Shown piece after piece: positions 13,592 to 34,170 of a stretch of 64,000 nucleotides of DNA; the first letter of the stretch is position 1; each line of letters opens with the position of its first letter. The notes under the pieces were generated by a model, which saw nothing but the letters and a program-made list of their open reading frames with translations, was not told the DNA's origin and did no database searches. The stretch is from positions 868,001 to 932,000 of the forward strand of contig MCFH01000003.1 in assembly GCA_002104945.1 (NCBI GenBank), written 5' to 3'. The position numbers and the translations under genes were made by a program. The DNA comes from Piromyces finnis finn. Its lineage: Eukaryota; Fungi; Neocallimastigomycota.

Positions 13592-14340
13592 GTAACAAGC
13601 TAAAGTTATTAAACTAATTTTAATTAAATAAAAGCTTTTTAGGATTTAATTTGAATATTTAAAATTAATTTAAATATTTATTCAGATTTTATTTTTAACT
13701 TCGATATTTTAAAACTAATTATTATTCCATAAAATTTACTTAACTAAATTTTATAAATAATTTTCCATTAATATCAAAATTTTATTATTTAATAATTATT
13801 ATTAATTAATTATTAAATAATTTAAAGATATATTTTATAGCTTTAAAATTTCGCCCTTGAAGTCGAGCACCTGCGAGACTATTTCTTTGAAGGAATATCA
13901 ATTACAAATGGTTGATATCTATGTCTGTTCATACCATTGATATTCCTTGTATAAACTTGATCTTGACTTTCTTTTCTAGACTTTTTATTTTTTCTGTGAA
14001 ATTTCTGAATCAATTGTACATATAATTTGATCTTCCGGGATCCAAGTATTTTCGTCAAGATTTTTCTATGTCATCAAGATTAGTTTCTTTCTATAATATT
14101 TTTTTTCTTGAATAATCTTATTAGAAATCCTATCAATAGTATCAGTAGTTAGCTTAATATTATTCTTCTTATTTATTATTGATTTATTTATAATTCAATT
14201 TCGTTATAAGGTTCTAGTAACGAAACATGAAAAACAGGATGGAAACGTAAATTGTTTTATAATTTTAATTCAAATGTCAAAGGACTTTCTTGATTATCTC
14301 AAATGATCCAAGCATTTGATCAACAAGCTTTCTTTTAACA
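13592..14340 (-). mobile_element. Ty3/gypsy 3' relic: integrase C-terminus, PPT and first ~255 bp of an LTR related to LTR family B
   Basis: Minus strand reads LGSFEIIKK...FHPVFHVSLLEPYNE, then ctcgcaggtgctcgacttcaagggcgaaat, which matches 38897-38926. LTR-B-like sequence spans 13847 to ~13592. Confidence 0.8.
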
Positions 14341-14654
14341 TTTTTGTTTGAAGGATTAATTCCTTTTAACAATTTCAAAATTTGAATATTTAAATTGAAA
14401 ATAATAATTAAAATTATTATTTAATTTTTTATATCAATTAAATAATTCCGAAAATGTAAAAAATAAACTCTTTTACATGATCAATTTCATTCTTTTTTTA
14501 TATGGAGACATAATAAAATAATAAAAACAATAAAATTTATATTTCTATAAATCAAAAATAAAAAAAAAAAAAAAATTTTTTTCCTATATCAATTTTTTTT
14601 TTCATTATTAATATAATTATTTTTTCATTTAATTAAAATATATATATATATATA

Positions 14655-19935
<5,281 letters not shown>

Positions 19936-21714
19936 TGGTTAAATTTAATTATATAAATTATTTTATCATTCATTTATTATTATTAAATAAAATTATTAGT
20001 CTTCTTATTAGAAGGCTTTTATTGTATCTATCATTATAAATTATTCTTAATAGAAAACATTATTTCTTTATATTTTTATAAAATGAAATGATTAAGCAAG
20101 ACTTTAAATTCATGAATAAATAATTATTTTATTAAAAAGACGCTATCATTAAAGATCTTTTTAAATTAATTTTCTACTAGATTTATTCGTATATTATCTA
20201 TATTGATTTTTTTTTTTTTATTTTTTAATAATTATTTTTTTATTATTAACTAATAAATGATGCTTTCATTTTTTATAATTGTCTGATCCTATTTATATAA
20301 CAAATATGATAGAACATTCTATTTAATAATAATATAAATAATAAAATATTAATATCAAAGAATTATATTAAATATAATAATTAATATAAATTAAAACATT
20401 TTTAATTAAAAAATCACCACAAAATTGTGTAACATTAATGACAGTTCAAATCTAGATTTCTATATTTCATAATAATAAAAGGATTTGTCTTTTTTATAAA
20501 AAGATTTTATATAACCATAAATACTTTTAAAAGATAATATTTAAATATTTTCTTTTCTTTATAAAACTATTTAAATATTTTTATTTTTATTTTATATAAA
20601 ATTTACTATAAATAGCTTGATTAGTTTTGACTAATATTTTAAAAAATATATGAAGTATTCTTTTAAAAAATATTGAAATAAGAATTTTGAGGTTTTAATT
20701 TAAATAAAACCTATTTAAATTAATTAATATTAGATATATTAATTTATTTAAACTTTAAATAATTGAAAATTATATTTATATTAAAATTAGGTCATTATTA
20801 TATATTTAAATATATAGAGTAATATATATTATATTTCAAAAGAATAACTAATTCAAATAAATTATAATCAAGAATTTTATATTTCCTATTTTACTCAATT
20901 CATTGCCTAAACTTTACTAAACAGTTTATGAAAGAATAAGTTTTTTTTTTTATTATTATTAATATAAAAAGAAAAAAGGATAGAAAATAGATATAATACT
21001 TTATTATTATTTCTTTAAATATTTTTTTCGTTATTATTTAGTTTAGATATTTTTTTAACTTGTAATTTTGCAATTTAAATTTATTCCTTTGTTTAATTGG
21101 TGAAATATTTTAAAGTGTGGTTCAGTGGATTAAATACAATAGCTTGGTTTTTTTTTATATGAAATATTTTAATAAAAAATAACTTAATAATTAAATACTA
21201 ATAAAATATTTCATTTAAAAATACACAAGCTAACTGTTGCTATTTTTACTGGATTTTCCTAATTTTTTTTATGCATTTCCTTTTTTTTATTGTATTATTC
21301 TTTTTTTTTATTATTATTATTATTCTTTCCCTGAAAGCTTTCTTTATATTATTGAATTTATAATTTGTTAATTGTTATTAATATTTTTTTAATAAATTTT
21401 TATTAATTAATTTTCACCAATCGAATTGGAGAGGATAAAAAAATAAAAAAAAAATAATTCCTTAATTTTTTTGTTTTCTTTTTTAAAAAAACTTAAAGTT
21501 TTGTATTTTTAATTTTGTTATTATCTTTTATATATAATATTAATTTATATATAGAAATTTTGTTTTATTTTATAACTATAAACGAAAAAAAAATATATAT
21601 ATAAAAATAAGATAAAAATAATAATAAAAAAAGAAAAACAAAATAAAAAACAAAAATAATAAATATATATCATTTAGAAGAAATAAATAAATATAAAAAG
21701 TTCTTTTAATAAAA

Positions 21715-22597
21715 ATGTCAAATGAAAATCAAAATTATCATACCCCTGTTAATAATTTAGCACCAGTTTCACCACCTCAACCAAATGTATCCCCAGTTTT
21801 ACCACCTCAATCAAATATATCCCCAGTCTCACCTCCAGCTACTATTCTTAATGCACCAGTTCAAATTCAACAAGGACAACAAATGATTATGCAAGTACAA
21901 GATCAAAATAGTCAACCAATGTTTCTACCTGTTCCAAATGATCCAAATGCTTCTCAATCAATGGTTTATTATCCACATCCACAAAGTCCAGCTGTTCAAT
22001 ATTATAATCCAGCTAATCCAAATGTTACAATTGTTCCTGTTATACCACCAGAACAACCTCCAAGTTATCAACAATTAACTGGAATTCCTCCTATCATACA
22101 AACACCTATAATCCCAACTTCTTCAGCTCCAGCTCCAGCTCCAGCTCCAGATGCTAAGGAATCTGAAAATAAAAATAAATCAGCAGCGTAAGTAATACAT
22201 ATAATATATTACACTTATTTTTATTAATTGTCCAAAATATATAGTATATAATTAAATAGCATAAATTTATTAAATATAATATATTAATTATATATTTTTA
22301 TTATATATTTTTATATTAATAATGATTTAATTATTAATTATATTTAATAATAGTATTCCTACTTTTGGATATTATGTTCCAAAGTCTAGCTGTATTATGC
22401 ATTGTCAATATTGTGATAAAGATGTCTCAACTGTTATACAATATGAAAATAATGCAATAATTTGGATTGCAAGTGTTATTCTATTAGTAATAGGTTCATG
22501 TTTGTGTTGTATTCCATTCCTTATTATCAGTATAAAGGATGTAGTTCACTATTGTCCAAATTGTAAAACTGAAATCGCTAGAAAAGAAAGATTTTAA
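21715..22597 (+). CDS. LITAF-like zinc-binding membrane protein; join(21715..22187,22354..22597)
   Basis: Pro-rich N-terminus with PPSY (PY motif), CQYC...hydrophobic stretch...HYCPNC. The GTAAGT/AATAG intron joins the two ORFs in frame. Confidence 0.92.
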
Positions 22598-23689
22598 ATA
22601 GCTTAAATATTAACAATAACTTTATTAAGTTCGCGTTTAACCATATCAAATAAATTAAATTAATAATAGCAAAATAAATATAAATAAATATAAATAATTC
22701 AATAATATAATAAAGAATTAGTATTGAATATAGTAACAAAAATTTAATATATTCATAAGTTTAACGAATAACAATAAAAATATAAATATAAACAATAAGC
22801 AACAAAAATAAGATATTTAGAAATAATAAAGCATTATATAATTTAATAACTAAATATACATAAAAAAAATTAAATTTTAATTGTAAATTTTAAAGTTAGT
22901 TGTTAAGTTAATTATTCATATATACAAAGAATAAAAAAGTTATTTTTCCAAATTTTATTAAAATATTTTTTAACTTTTAATGTTAAATATTAAAGAATTG
23001 CTATTCCTTCAATTTTATAGTAATATATTTATTTATTATTTATGACTTTTTGCTTTTGATTTTGACAATTTTAATTTTTTTTTTTTTTTATTGAAATTTA
23101 TCTTGGATATTTTAATATAGTAAATAAAAAATGTTACACAAAAAATCTAAATAAAATAAATGTAAAAAATTAAAATAAAAAAAAAGTAGTTTTAGAGAAT
23201 TTAAATAATAAAATTGAATCTTATTAATAAATAAATTTACATATTGTTATTAGCTTAAAAACAATAATTATAATACAATCAATACTAAATAATATAAGAG
23301 AATTAGTAATACTTTATAAAATAACAAAATTAAAAAATTAAATTATTGCATAAATTTCTTTTATGTTAATCTTATATTAAGATGAAATATAATCAAAACT
23401 TTATAGTTGTTTTGTCTAGATAAGTAATAATATGGACTCGATTTTTTATTGCATTAGTAATTTTTCTTAATATTAAATTTATATATAAAGTCTTTGTAAT
23501 TTTCTTAATATTAAATTTATGTATAAAGTCTTGAAGTTAGTTACAAGTATAATATTATTCCGTTATATATAAAAGAAAAGAATACTCAATATATAAATAG
23601 TTTTAATATTTTATTTAAATATTTTTGTAACAGTGTTGTGTAGTCATAGTTATAAAGAAGCGATAGTTATTAGAAAGATATGACACTAT

Positions 23690-24190
23690 ACTTTTTTTTT
23701 TAAATTATTGAAGACAAATCAACAAGTGAGAAAAGTAGTACCTTAATAAAAAAAAGGAAATTTTTATTATATTAAAAAAATTATTACAATAAAAATTCTA
23801 CTTTGCTTCTTATATTAAAATTCGTATTTCCCAGCATTTGTATTATATTTATTTCTTCTTTCTTACCAATTATCAAGATATCACCTATATATATATCAAA
23901 TAAGCATATTTTACTATTTTTAGTTCTTATAAATATATATGGTTCATTAAAAAACTTTTTGAAATCCTAATTCCATGTGAATATTATTAATATTATTATT
24001 TCATTCATTCATTTTTTATTTAGGCCATACGACGCTTTGCCTTATTTCCAATATCATTTTTCTATACATTTTTCTATACATTTTGCTTCCATTAGGTGAT
24101 TTCATGGATATATATTTCTTAAAGTTTAGATATTAATATTTTTGCATTTTTCTGAATCGTTCTGTAAACGATTCATTATAAAATTAGTTA
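23690..24190 (-). mobile_element. Highly decayed Ty1/copia RT remnant; boundaries approximate
   Basis: Minus strand reads EIYI..PNGS...YW..KASYGL and IGDILIIGKKEEIK (YVDDILIIG-like). Confidence 0.6.
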
Positions 24191-24379
24191 TTAAGTAATG
24201 AAAATAAGTTAATTAAGTTAGTTATTACTTCTCTATACGAGTTAATAACCAAATAAAGTTTTATAAAAAATAACAAAAGAACGAAAATAAATATCATAAC
24301 ACTAAAATAATTATTAACAAATAAACATTAATAGGAAATAATGTTTACTTAATAACTATAGTAATAATTATTATATATT

Positions 24380-25170
24380 AATGGAAAATGCCCGCTTAAA
24401 GCCATGTTACTTATACACTCACTTTCTAAAAAACTCCCAATCTCTAGTAAAATATCTTGGAAATTCATTGATAAGCTCAAAAACAATAGATCATACAAAA
24501 ACAAACGATCTATCAAATCCACTACTGGTTCACTCTCTGACAATTTCTATTTTAGTCACTTAAGTTCTAATGCTTCCTTTTCAACTTATGTACTTGTTGG
24601 AACATCAATGGTTGGAACCCTGAGAAAAAGGACGGTGTTTTATACTTCATCTCTGTTTTCAAACCTGTATATGTCTGCCTTCAAGAAGTAGGTAACAGCC
24701 AATTCCTCTGTGGTAATGCAATTTCCTCCCCATGCCTACTGAACCATAAACCAGTACACAGACGTGCTAATCCTAAAGTTCCAGGTATGAGAGGACTTTA
24801 CATTGGTGTTCATAACTCTTGTTCCTTTACTCCTGAACCTCTTCTATATAAGTACATCATTTCAGTTACAATACTGCCATTTTGGAACCAGAGATGTACC
24901 ATCGGTAATATTTATTTCCCGCAAACTAGATGGCCGGATGCTAGATTAATTGCCTTTGATGAACTTGATAAGTGGTTAACAAGTTCAACCACCCAGCTAT
25001 CCTTGTAGGAGACTTTAATATGTCAGCTATTAAAATCAAATCTTATATATCACAACACTTCCCGGATTGGACTATGGCAGAATTAACTGGTAATAATTTC
25101 ACTTGGGAAAAAGGATCTAAATCTTCATGCATTAATCATATTATATGCAACAAAGCTATGACAGAACACA
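24380..25170 (+). mobile_element. Second LINE fragment (APE endonuclease region), frameshifted and 3'-truncated
   Basis: TCWNINGWNPEKK..VCLQEVGN, PGMRGLYIGVHNSC, HPAILVGDFN and SCINHIICN. It is a diverged relative of the LINE at 1-4030. Confidence 0.88.
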
Positions 25171-25589
25171 TAAAATTTACTTTAATATTAACGCTAAAGT
25201 ATTTAGCGTTATTTTCAATTATACTATTTAATTATAACAGTTTATTTTGTTTACCGCTTGATTGGGTAAATGAAATATACTCCCTATATAATTAATAACC
25301 ATTATTAATATATGGTTATTGTAACGGACTGTTATGATACAAAACGAAAATTAAAAAAAAAATACTATATTTAATTTGAAATGCATCATGTACACTTTGA
25401 TCCTCTCAGGCCTGTTAGACGAGTGTTAATATCATAGTAGTAAATTAGATAGTGCATTAATACTTACTTGAATATCATAATCCAACCCATGGCAAAACCC
25501 AATGGGGAAAATCCACGAGTACTGACATCTGTGGGTTTACCCAGAAGCCTTATGAAACACCTTAACAACCAGGATAAAAACTGGAACGA

Positions 25590-26998
25590 CTTTTTGGTAC
25601 TTATAAAACCGGAGAAGACCAAGATGATTGTGGTGATTCTATTAAATCATTCTTTAAAAACTTCCCTATTTCTTCTTTTAGAATTTCCACATGATCTTTA
25701 CTTGAAATAAGATACATTTTCTGCTTAATGAGATCATCTTGATTCAATTTAATTTCATGGGCTAATAATTTTGATTTTCCTAAATCATCAGCATCATTAG
25801 CTAGAACATCTATATTAGTTATTAAAAGATTCTTTAGTTGGTCTTTTGCTTCTTCTTGTTCTTCATCTATTTTTTTATTAATAAGTTGTAATTTAGAATC
25901 AATAGTAGTTTTTATCTATAAATCTTGATATTTAGCATTCTGACTAGTTAAGTAGCATATTAATGCATCTTGATTAATTTCTTCATCAAATTCTTCAATT
26001 AAATTAGTTTGGTTTATTTCATTAATACTCTTCAAAAGATCCGATTTTGTGAATATCATCAGTTTTCTGATATAAGATATGATCAGAAAAGTTCATAATT
26101 AATTTCATATTGGCTAGTGTTTCTACACCAATTAAAACTTGGAATATATCTTCTTTTTCAATAAGTCTAAATATTTCTTTGGATGTTATATCACCAATAG
26201 TAATTTCAATTTCATATAGATGCAACTCAATAGTAGTATTAGAATAAACTTGATATAAAGTTTCTTTAATTTTTGAAGCTGATTTTAATGGAATATTATT
26301 TTCTAATAGGAACCTTCTAGTAATCATATTTATAGATGAACAGGAATTCAAATATACAATAGTTTCTATTCCTTCTGTTTTACACTTTATTTTCACAACT
26401 TTATCTTTTCTTATGGTAGAAAGAATTGTAGATTCATCTTCAATAATTTTAGTAAATTTTAATGCCTTTGAAAGTTCTGTTTTTAATTTGGGACTGATTT
26501 CAAGTAGTTGACCTATTGTTATATTTTCAAATTTTTCACCTATATCTTCAGTTATATAATATTTTTTTTGGTCTGCTAAAATAACAAGTCTTTTCGTACC
26601 TTTTTCGTTTTGTACATTTTTTTCTTTCTGACTGGGAAGCTCAATTTCTTTTGTTAGTTCAATTATTTCTTTTTTCTTTCTTTTTTATTATTTCGTTTAG
26701 CTTTATCTATAGTAGATTGATTGATAAAGGATGGATCTAATTGTTTTAAAGCTTCTGTTGAATTAGTCTTATTATTAATATTAATATTATTATTATTTAT
26801 ATTATTATCATTATTCATTTTCACATTATTATAATCATTATTAAAGTTTTTATTATTACTATTGTCATTGTTATCATTTTCATTTTCATTGACAGTTTCC
26901 GTTTCTACTTCATTATTTGGGACCTCAATTATTACATCCTCATTAGCATTATTTAATGATTCTTTAGTCTCATTACTTGAAATTCTAATTGGTTGTGG
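25590..26998 (-). mobile_element. Fragment of a second copy of gypsy A (pol N-terminus, protease, RT start)
   Basis: Colinear with 43000-44167 plus 45432-45700 and lacks the 44168-45431 insertion (single AATTA at 26761-26765). Protease-like YLNSCSSINMI. Confidence 0.9.
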
Positions 26999-28850
26999 GG
27001 TGTAAAAATATAAAAGATGTTTTTTAAGAAATTAACTTTAATTATAAAATAACACTTTAAACTTCCAAATGAAAAAATTAATATTTGTTTTTAAAATAAC
27101 TTTTTATAAATTTTTATTTATTTAATAATAATATAAATGATAATATATTTAATAACTAAATAATTAAAATTATAACTATAATCTTTACAAAGAATTAAAA
27201 TCGAATTCAATTCATTCCATTTTATATTCCTTGTTCATATTATTCAATTGATATTAATAATAATAAAGTATTACATATAATATATTAATAATATAATTAA
27301 ATAAGTAATAATATTTTTTGTTTGTTTGTCATGACATAAAAATAAGATAGACATATGATTAATCATTTAAACATTTGATTCATATTTTATAATAATTAAA
27401 ATTATTTAATTTGTTAACCTAAATGGTTTTGGTTTAGTTCTATTTTTAGTAACAGTCATTATCATTAATTAAATTATGATATGAAATATTATATAATACT
27501 CTAATTATTAATAAAATTATTTTATTAATAATTACATAAAATAAATTAAAATAGCCATGTAATAACGTGACTAAAAGCAATTGAGGCGTAAATAAATTCA
27601 CACGATAAAATAAATTTAAGTGATAACATAAATCTATTTTATTAATTTAAATAATAAAAGCATAAAATTATAACATAATTTTATGTTGCGTAAATAATTT
27701 CTTTTATTTATTATTTTTATTATAATATTTTATATTTTATATTTATATTTTATTATATTTTTATTATACTTTAATAAATATTTTTATACTTTTTATACTA
27801 GTTATTATATATTTATTAATTAAACAAACAAAATATAGTTTATACTTATTAAAAGATATATAAATGTATTATTATTTCTTGTAATTAATTCTTTGCTTTC
27901 TTATTGTTTCCTAGCCAAAATTTATATTTGATAAAATTAATTTTAAAAACATTAATACATAAAGTTTCCCCCTAAAAAGGAAATAGAACCGAGTTATATC
28001 AATTAATATAGCTAAATTTCCTATTGATATATTTTTAATTTTAGTCAAATCATAAGAAATGTTTATGATCCATACTTGATATCATACTGATTTTAATTTA
28101 CCTATTAAAGTCTTTAAATGATTTTTTTTAGAACTTTGTCAGATTATTATTGAATGTATAGATAAGTTTAAGTAAATATAAATTATAATAAAAGTAAATA
28201 ATGTTTTGTGTAATTTATTAATTTACAAAAATTTTATCTGTAAAATTTCTAATTTTTGTAGAATTTAAATCCTTTGTGAATGCATCAGCCAACATATCAT
28301 TTGTGTTCTTATATTCTAGCTTTGCTCTTTTATTTGTAATATTATCCTTGTTGAAGTAATATTTTATTGAGATATGTTTGAGTTTTGGGTTGGCTTCTCC
28401 ATTTTCAATAATTGCTTTGCTTGATTTGTTGTCCATAAATATTGTAATGATTATTTTTTGGTTAAATAATTCCTTTATTAAGTTTCTTATCTATAAGACC
28501 TTTTTTACACATTCTGAGGTGCTAATGTATTCTGCTTCTGCAGTTGATGTAGCAACTATGGATTGCTTTTTCGAAAACCAACAGGTAGGAGATTTTCCCA
28601 TAAGTATTATATGACCAGATGTTGATTTTCTGTCTTTAGTGTCCCCCGCAAAATCTGCATCTGTACTGGCTGTAATAAAACCTTTTCCGTCGTATTTCAG
28701 TTTGTAATGAATTGTGTTGTGTAAATACTTAAGGATAATAAGGACACAATGCCAATCTGATACAGTGGGATTTTCACAAGATCTAGCAGCTTTGAGTACT
28801 GCAAAAGAAATATCCGGTCTGGTGCATTTTGCAAGGTAAACGAGGGATCT

Positions 28851-29388
28851 ATCAGAATTAATTCAAGAATAGGTCGAAGTTATTAATAATTAAGGTTTTA
28901 ATATATAAATTTTATTTATTGATTTTAATGGAGGTTTATTATTAACAATTAACAATAATTTCTACTGAAGTACAACTTTATTGAAATTATTGATTCTTAT
29001 ATACTAATGTGATTCAGTATAAAAATATGTTAACATGTTTGTGGTCATGTGTATTAATTTATTTAGATTGAACCACAATTATAAAAATTTAACGCCACAC
29101 TAATTTTACTAAATCATAAATTTATGTGACTCAGAAAATAATTAATAAAGTAAAATTATAGTAATTAAGGTTAATAACACTAAATTATCATAATACATTT
29201 GATAGGATCCTAATGCACTTTTATATGTTGTGGCGTCAAAATTTTCATCACGTATTTGTGGCTTGTCGATAAAGCATGGAGTATTACATCGATAAGTGTA
29301 TTTAGTGTTAATGACTCCAAAGTTTTGTAAAAGATTTTCAATAAAATTTCTTTGCGAAATAAAATAAGAGTAGCTAGATTTTTCAACA
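28851..29388 (-). mobile_element. ~540-bp LTR-like insertion in copia RT without matching TSD
   Basis: Non-coding block reading TGTTGAAAA...TTCTGATA on the minus strand. It separates LGI from GSLVYLA, and the intervening RT segment is missing. Confidence 0.5.
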
Positions 29389-30926
29389 GTTATGCCTAAT
29401 AAGTAATGGATTTTTCCATAATTTGAAATATTAAGTTTGTTTTGATCTTATTTATTATGGATTCGATGATGCTAATGTCGCCACAGATGATCATATCATC
29501 AACGTAAATGCCAAGAATGCATATTGTATTATTGTTATGAGATTTTTTAAATATACATAGTTTTGATTTAAGCTGATAGAAACCTGAATTAATGAGAAAA
29601 TTAGAAATGGTAAGATACCATTGTCTTCCGGATTGTCGGAGATCATATAATGCTTTGTTGAGTAGCCAATATCCTTTGTTGTAGTTCTTGTTACCAGGAG
29701 GTATTGTGGCGTAGATTTCTTTATCAAGTTTAGCGTTTAGATAAGCGGCTTTAATATCCAGTTGGTAAATTTCCCATTTAAGTTTAGCAGCAGTAGAAAT
29801 GATAAACTTTAAACTATCAGAATTTAAAGTTGGAGAATAGGTTAAGTCAAAATCAGTCCCGTAAACTTGAGTGAAATTTCTTGCTACGAGTCTGGCCTTA
29901 TATTTGGTGATATTATTATTTTCATCCCTCTTGATGGTGAATACCCATTTTGTGGAAACTAATTTTCTATCTTTGGGAATTTCAGGAACAAAAGTCATGA
30001 TTTTATTAGAATATAAATTGTTAAGTTCTTCATTAATTGCATTGATCCAGTGTGATTTAATGGAACACGTAGTGGCTTGTTTAAAATTAAATGGAATATC
30101 TGATTCATATGTATACGTGGATTCTTCTAAATTTAAAACCAGTCTTTTGTTATCATTAAACAGTGGTGAATCATATGGATGCTTTTTAGGGTTATTGATG
30201 TTTGACTGTTCTTTTATGTTACCTGAAATTGTTTTATTATCATTATTTGAAACATTTGAATCATTGTCTGAATCCTTGTTGTTAGTTTTATTTTCAAAAG
30301 TTGTATTGGCATTATCATTTGTGGCGTCGTAATTTTTATTAATATTATTGTTGTTGGAAAAATTATTATTACAGTATTCGAATGTGGCGTTATTATCCAT
30401 CTCATCATTAAAGTTCTTATCTATTTGTTCATTGGTGTTATCAATCTCAGTATTGAGTCTTTCAAATATATTGTAGTGGTTGATGTTCGTATTGTGGTTT
30501 GGATGGTTATTAATGTTATACTGGTTATTGAACGTAAAATTTCCTGGCTCCTCTTCAAGAAAAACAGCTTCTCTTACTAAATGAATAGATTGGTCACGTG
30601 TATCCATAATTATATAACAATTTGTGAATTTTATTCCCAAGAATATGCCTTTTTGTGAATTAGTTTTAAATTTAGACGCTTTATTTTGAATCTTGTTATA
30701 GTAGGATACACAGCCAAATACTTTGATTTTATCAATGTTTACGGTCTTATTGTAGAAGATTTCATTTGGTATTAAATTTGAGATTTCCTTTCTTGAAATA
30801 ATGTTATATAGGTGATTTGTATAAATTACAGCATATGACCAGAAATCTAAGCTAAGTTTGGCCCAAAAAATTAAGGTCTTCGCAGAGTTGATAATGGTTT
30901 GGTTGAATCTCTCGGCAATACCATTA

Positions 30927-31650
30927 TGTAAAGATATAAAGTATATCTTTAAATTATTTAATAATTAATTAATAATTATTGAATAATAATTTTGATATTT
31001 TAATGAAAAAATTGTTTATAAAATTTATTGTATAAATTTTATGGAATAATTAAATAAAGATTAATTTTAAAATAGCAAAGTTACAAATGAAATTTGGATA
31101 AATATTTAAATTAATGGATAATTAAATTTAAATATTTTAAATATTCAAATTAAATCTTAAAAAGTTTTTATTTAATTAAAATTAGTTTAATAACTTTAGC
31201 GTAGTTTTAAATTAGCATTTTTAATTATAAATATATAATAAATAGTATTATTAATATTTAATTAATATATAGGTAATACATGGACTGTATTCAATTTGCA
31301 GTTTACTCAAATTGAATCAAAAGTGTATTTAATTAGTTTTAGTTTAGTTTTATTATTTTATTATTAAATTAGTATTAAATTAGTTTTGTTTATTTTATAT
31401 TGAATATATGTATAATTAAATAGAATAGTATATTAAAATATAATTTACGAAAAATATAAATACATGTAAAATTTCTTGATTAAAACGATGTAATTGTTAT
31501 TGACTATTATTTAGTTAATAACTAAATAAAATTAATAAAAGAGAGATTTTAAATAGATTTTGTTTTTCTTGTTTCTTTTTATTTATTTCGTGTTTTGTGT
31601 TTTATTGTAAAATTTTATAATCTGTTTTAATTCTTGATAAAACTTTTACA
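30927..31650 (+). mobile_element. Solo LTR (family B, diverged copy) with 5-bp TSD CATTA
   Basis: TGTAAAG...TTTTACA flanked by CATTA (30922-30926, 31651-31655). Removing it restores copia integrase YNPENNGIAERFN. Confidence 0.95.
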
Positions 31651-33382
31651 CATTATTTTCAGGATTATACGGTGGAGAAAATATTTTCTTGATACCGACT
31701 TTTCTACAATATTTCTTTATTCTTTTGTTGTTAAATTCACGTCCGTTATCACTTTTGAAAAATTTAATATTATTTTCAAAGTAATTATTTATGAATTTTA
31801 AGAAATTTAAAATTGTGTTGGTTGCTTCGGCCTTCTCTTTGAGTAAGCAAACCCAGGATTTTCTACTAAATTCATCAATAAATATGATGATATATTTCAT
31901 ATCATCTAGTGATGTAGGTTTTATAGGTCCGATGATGTCAGAATGGATAGTTTCAAGGATATTAGAGGCTTTTGGAGTAACTTTATTATGGGGTTTTGCC
32001 TTCAATTTTGATATTTTGCAATCTATGCATTGGCCATTTTTCTTCGTTCTGAGTTCCAAATATTTGTTTAAATCTTCCTGGTAGTAGTGACCTAGACGGC
32101 GGTGCCATAATTTTTGGTTAAAAGTTTCAGTGGAGCAAAATTGTTGATTAAAATTATTGAATTTAATCCTAATAACATTATTGTTGTCAGGTTCGTGTTT
32201 ACTAATAACTTTGTATGGTCAGACAAGATTAAGAGAACCTTACCATTTTTATTCTTTAACTGAGTATTAATACCGGCTATCGTTAGTTTTATTCTACTGA
32301 TAAGATTTTTATTAACTTCATTTGAGAAAAATACTCTTTTTAATACTATCTCAGTTCCGTTTATGGCTCCGCGGTAAGTACCATGGCCCTCAAAAGTACA
32401 AGTAGAACCATTTGCACAGCTCATAGTAATTTTTTCGTTAATAAAGTTTTCTAAGATCCCTTTGTTGTTTGTTGTATGTTCACTTTCTCCAGTATCATAA
32501 GTTCATACTAATGTTGTGTAACCTTCATTATTGGTCATGTGATTTCCGAAAATTACATGAACATATTTCTTCTCTATTTTCTAATGGAAAACGTTTTCAA
32601 GAGTTAAATCGTCAAATATAATTATCACGTGTTTGACATCTGATTGGTCAGTGTTTATGTTTGTGTAACATTTATTTTCAGGGTTAGACATTTTTGGATC
32701 ATCCATTTTTTCATTACTCTCAATTTCATTTTCAATATTATCGGCAGGAGGTCCAAACATTGTATTGATTTCTTCAAAGCATGAAGTACTATCCGAGGTT
32801 GTATCGTTCTCAATATTAGAATAGTATTTGTCGTCCTTTGATTTTCCTTTGTTTGGTTAAGTTTTAAAATTTTCGTTAAATTTATTATTTTTCTTGGTTC
32901 TTGTTGAACGGCTGGGGTTATAATAGCAATCCTTGGCTAAGTGTCCCGGAATGTCAGAAATAACACAGTATTTGTTTCTGTGATATTGTTTTGTATTTTT
33001 TCTATTTCCCTTTAAACGTTTTCCTTCTATATTGTCTATATCCATGTAGTCATTGTTTGGATTTTTGAAGTTGTTGATGGATGGGTTATTATTTCTTCTT
33101 ATGTTTCTAGGGTTAAAATTATTATTTCTTTGGTTGTAGGTTTGGTTATTGTTGTATTCCATTTGGTAGCAAATAACTGTGTATCTATCTTTTATAATTT
33201 CATATAGTGTTTCTGGTGTGTATTGGGAACTCATTAATATTTTATCCGAGGATATTTGGTAGAGCGTTGTACATAATTGTCATTTTTTCCATGTTTGATT
33301 TGTTCATGCATGAGTTTTCGAGTAATTTAAATAACTCCATAATCTCATTCATGACATTCATGGTTTCCTTAAGGTTGGTAGC

Positions 33383-34170
33383 TGTAAAGATATAATATAT
33401 ATCTTTAGATTATTTAATAATTAATTATTAATTATTAAATAATAAATTAATATTTAGTAAAACTGATTATAAAATTTTTGAGTAAATTTTATGGAATAAT
33501 TTAATAATAAATTATTTTATAATAATTCCGTTAAATTTAAATTAAGATAAATATTTAAGTTTAAGGAATAAAAGAATTTTAATTAAATTTAAATATTTCA
33601 AATATTTTAAATAATTAAAATATTTTTCAAATACTTTTTATTTAATTTTAGAATAGATTATACTTTTTTATTTAAATTTAGAATAGTTTAATAATTTTAA
33701 CTTAGTTTTAAAAATAGATTTATTTATATTTCAATAGGAAATATATTAAGAATAGTATTGATAATATTAAATTAATTTATAGAAAATACATGGGCTTTGT
33801 TCAATTTTGAGTTTACTCAAATTGAATTAAAAGTATAATGAATTAGTTTAGTTTAGTTCTGTTATTTTATTATTTAATTAAATTAGTTTTGTTTATTTTA
33901 TATTAAATATATGTTTATTTAAATAGAATAATATATTAGAATATAATTATGAAAAAATATAAATACATGTAATTTTTATTTGTTAAATCGATGTAATTGT
34001 TATTTTCAATTTTTTAATTATTAACTATTATATAGCTAATAATATTTTTAAGAGTTTAAATAAAATGTTTTCTTAAAATAAAAATTTAATGTTTTATTTT
34101 TTTATTTTTGTGTTAATAAAAATTGTTTTGTTTTAAGTATAAAATCTATTTTAAATTTTATACTTTTACA
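33383..34170 (+). repeat. 5' LTR (family B)
   Basis: TGTAAAG...TTTTACA, TATAAAT at 33958-33964; near-identical to 38927-39714. Confidence 0.95.

Noticed and set aside
25467-25590. GC-richer block between the LINE fragment and gypsy A copy 2
   Set aside because: Probably TE-derived, but no frame gives a recognisable motif.
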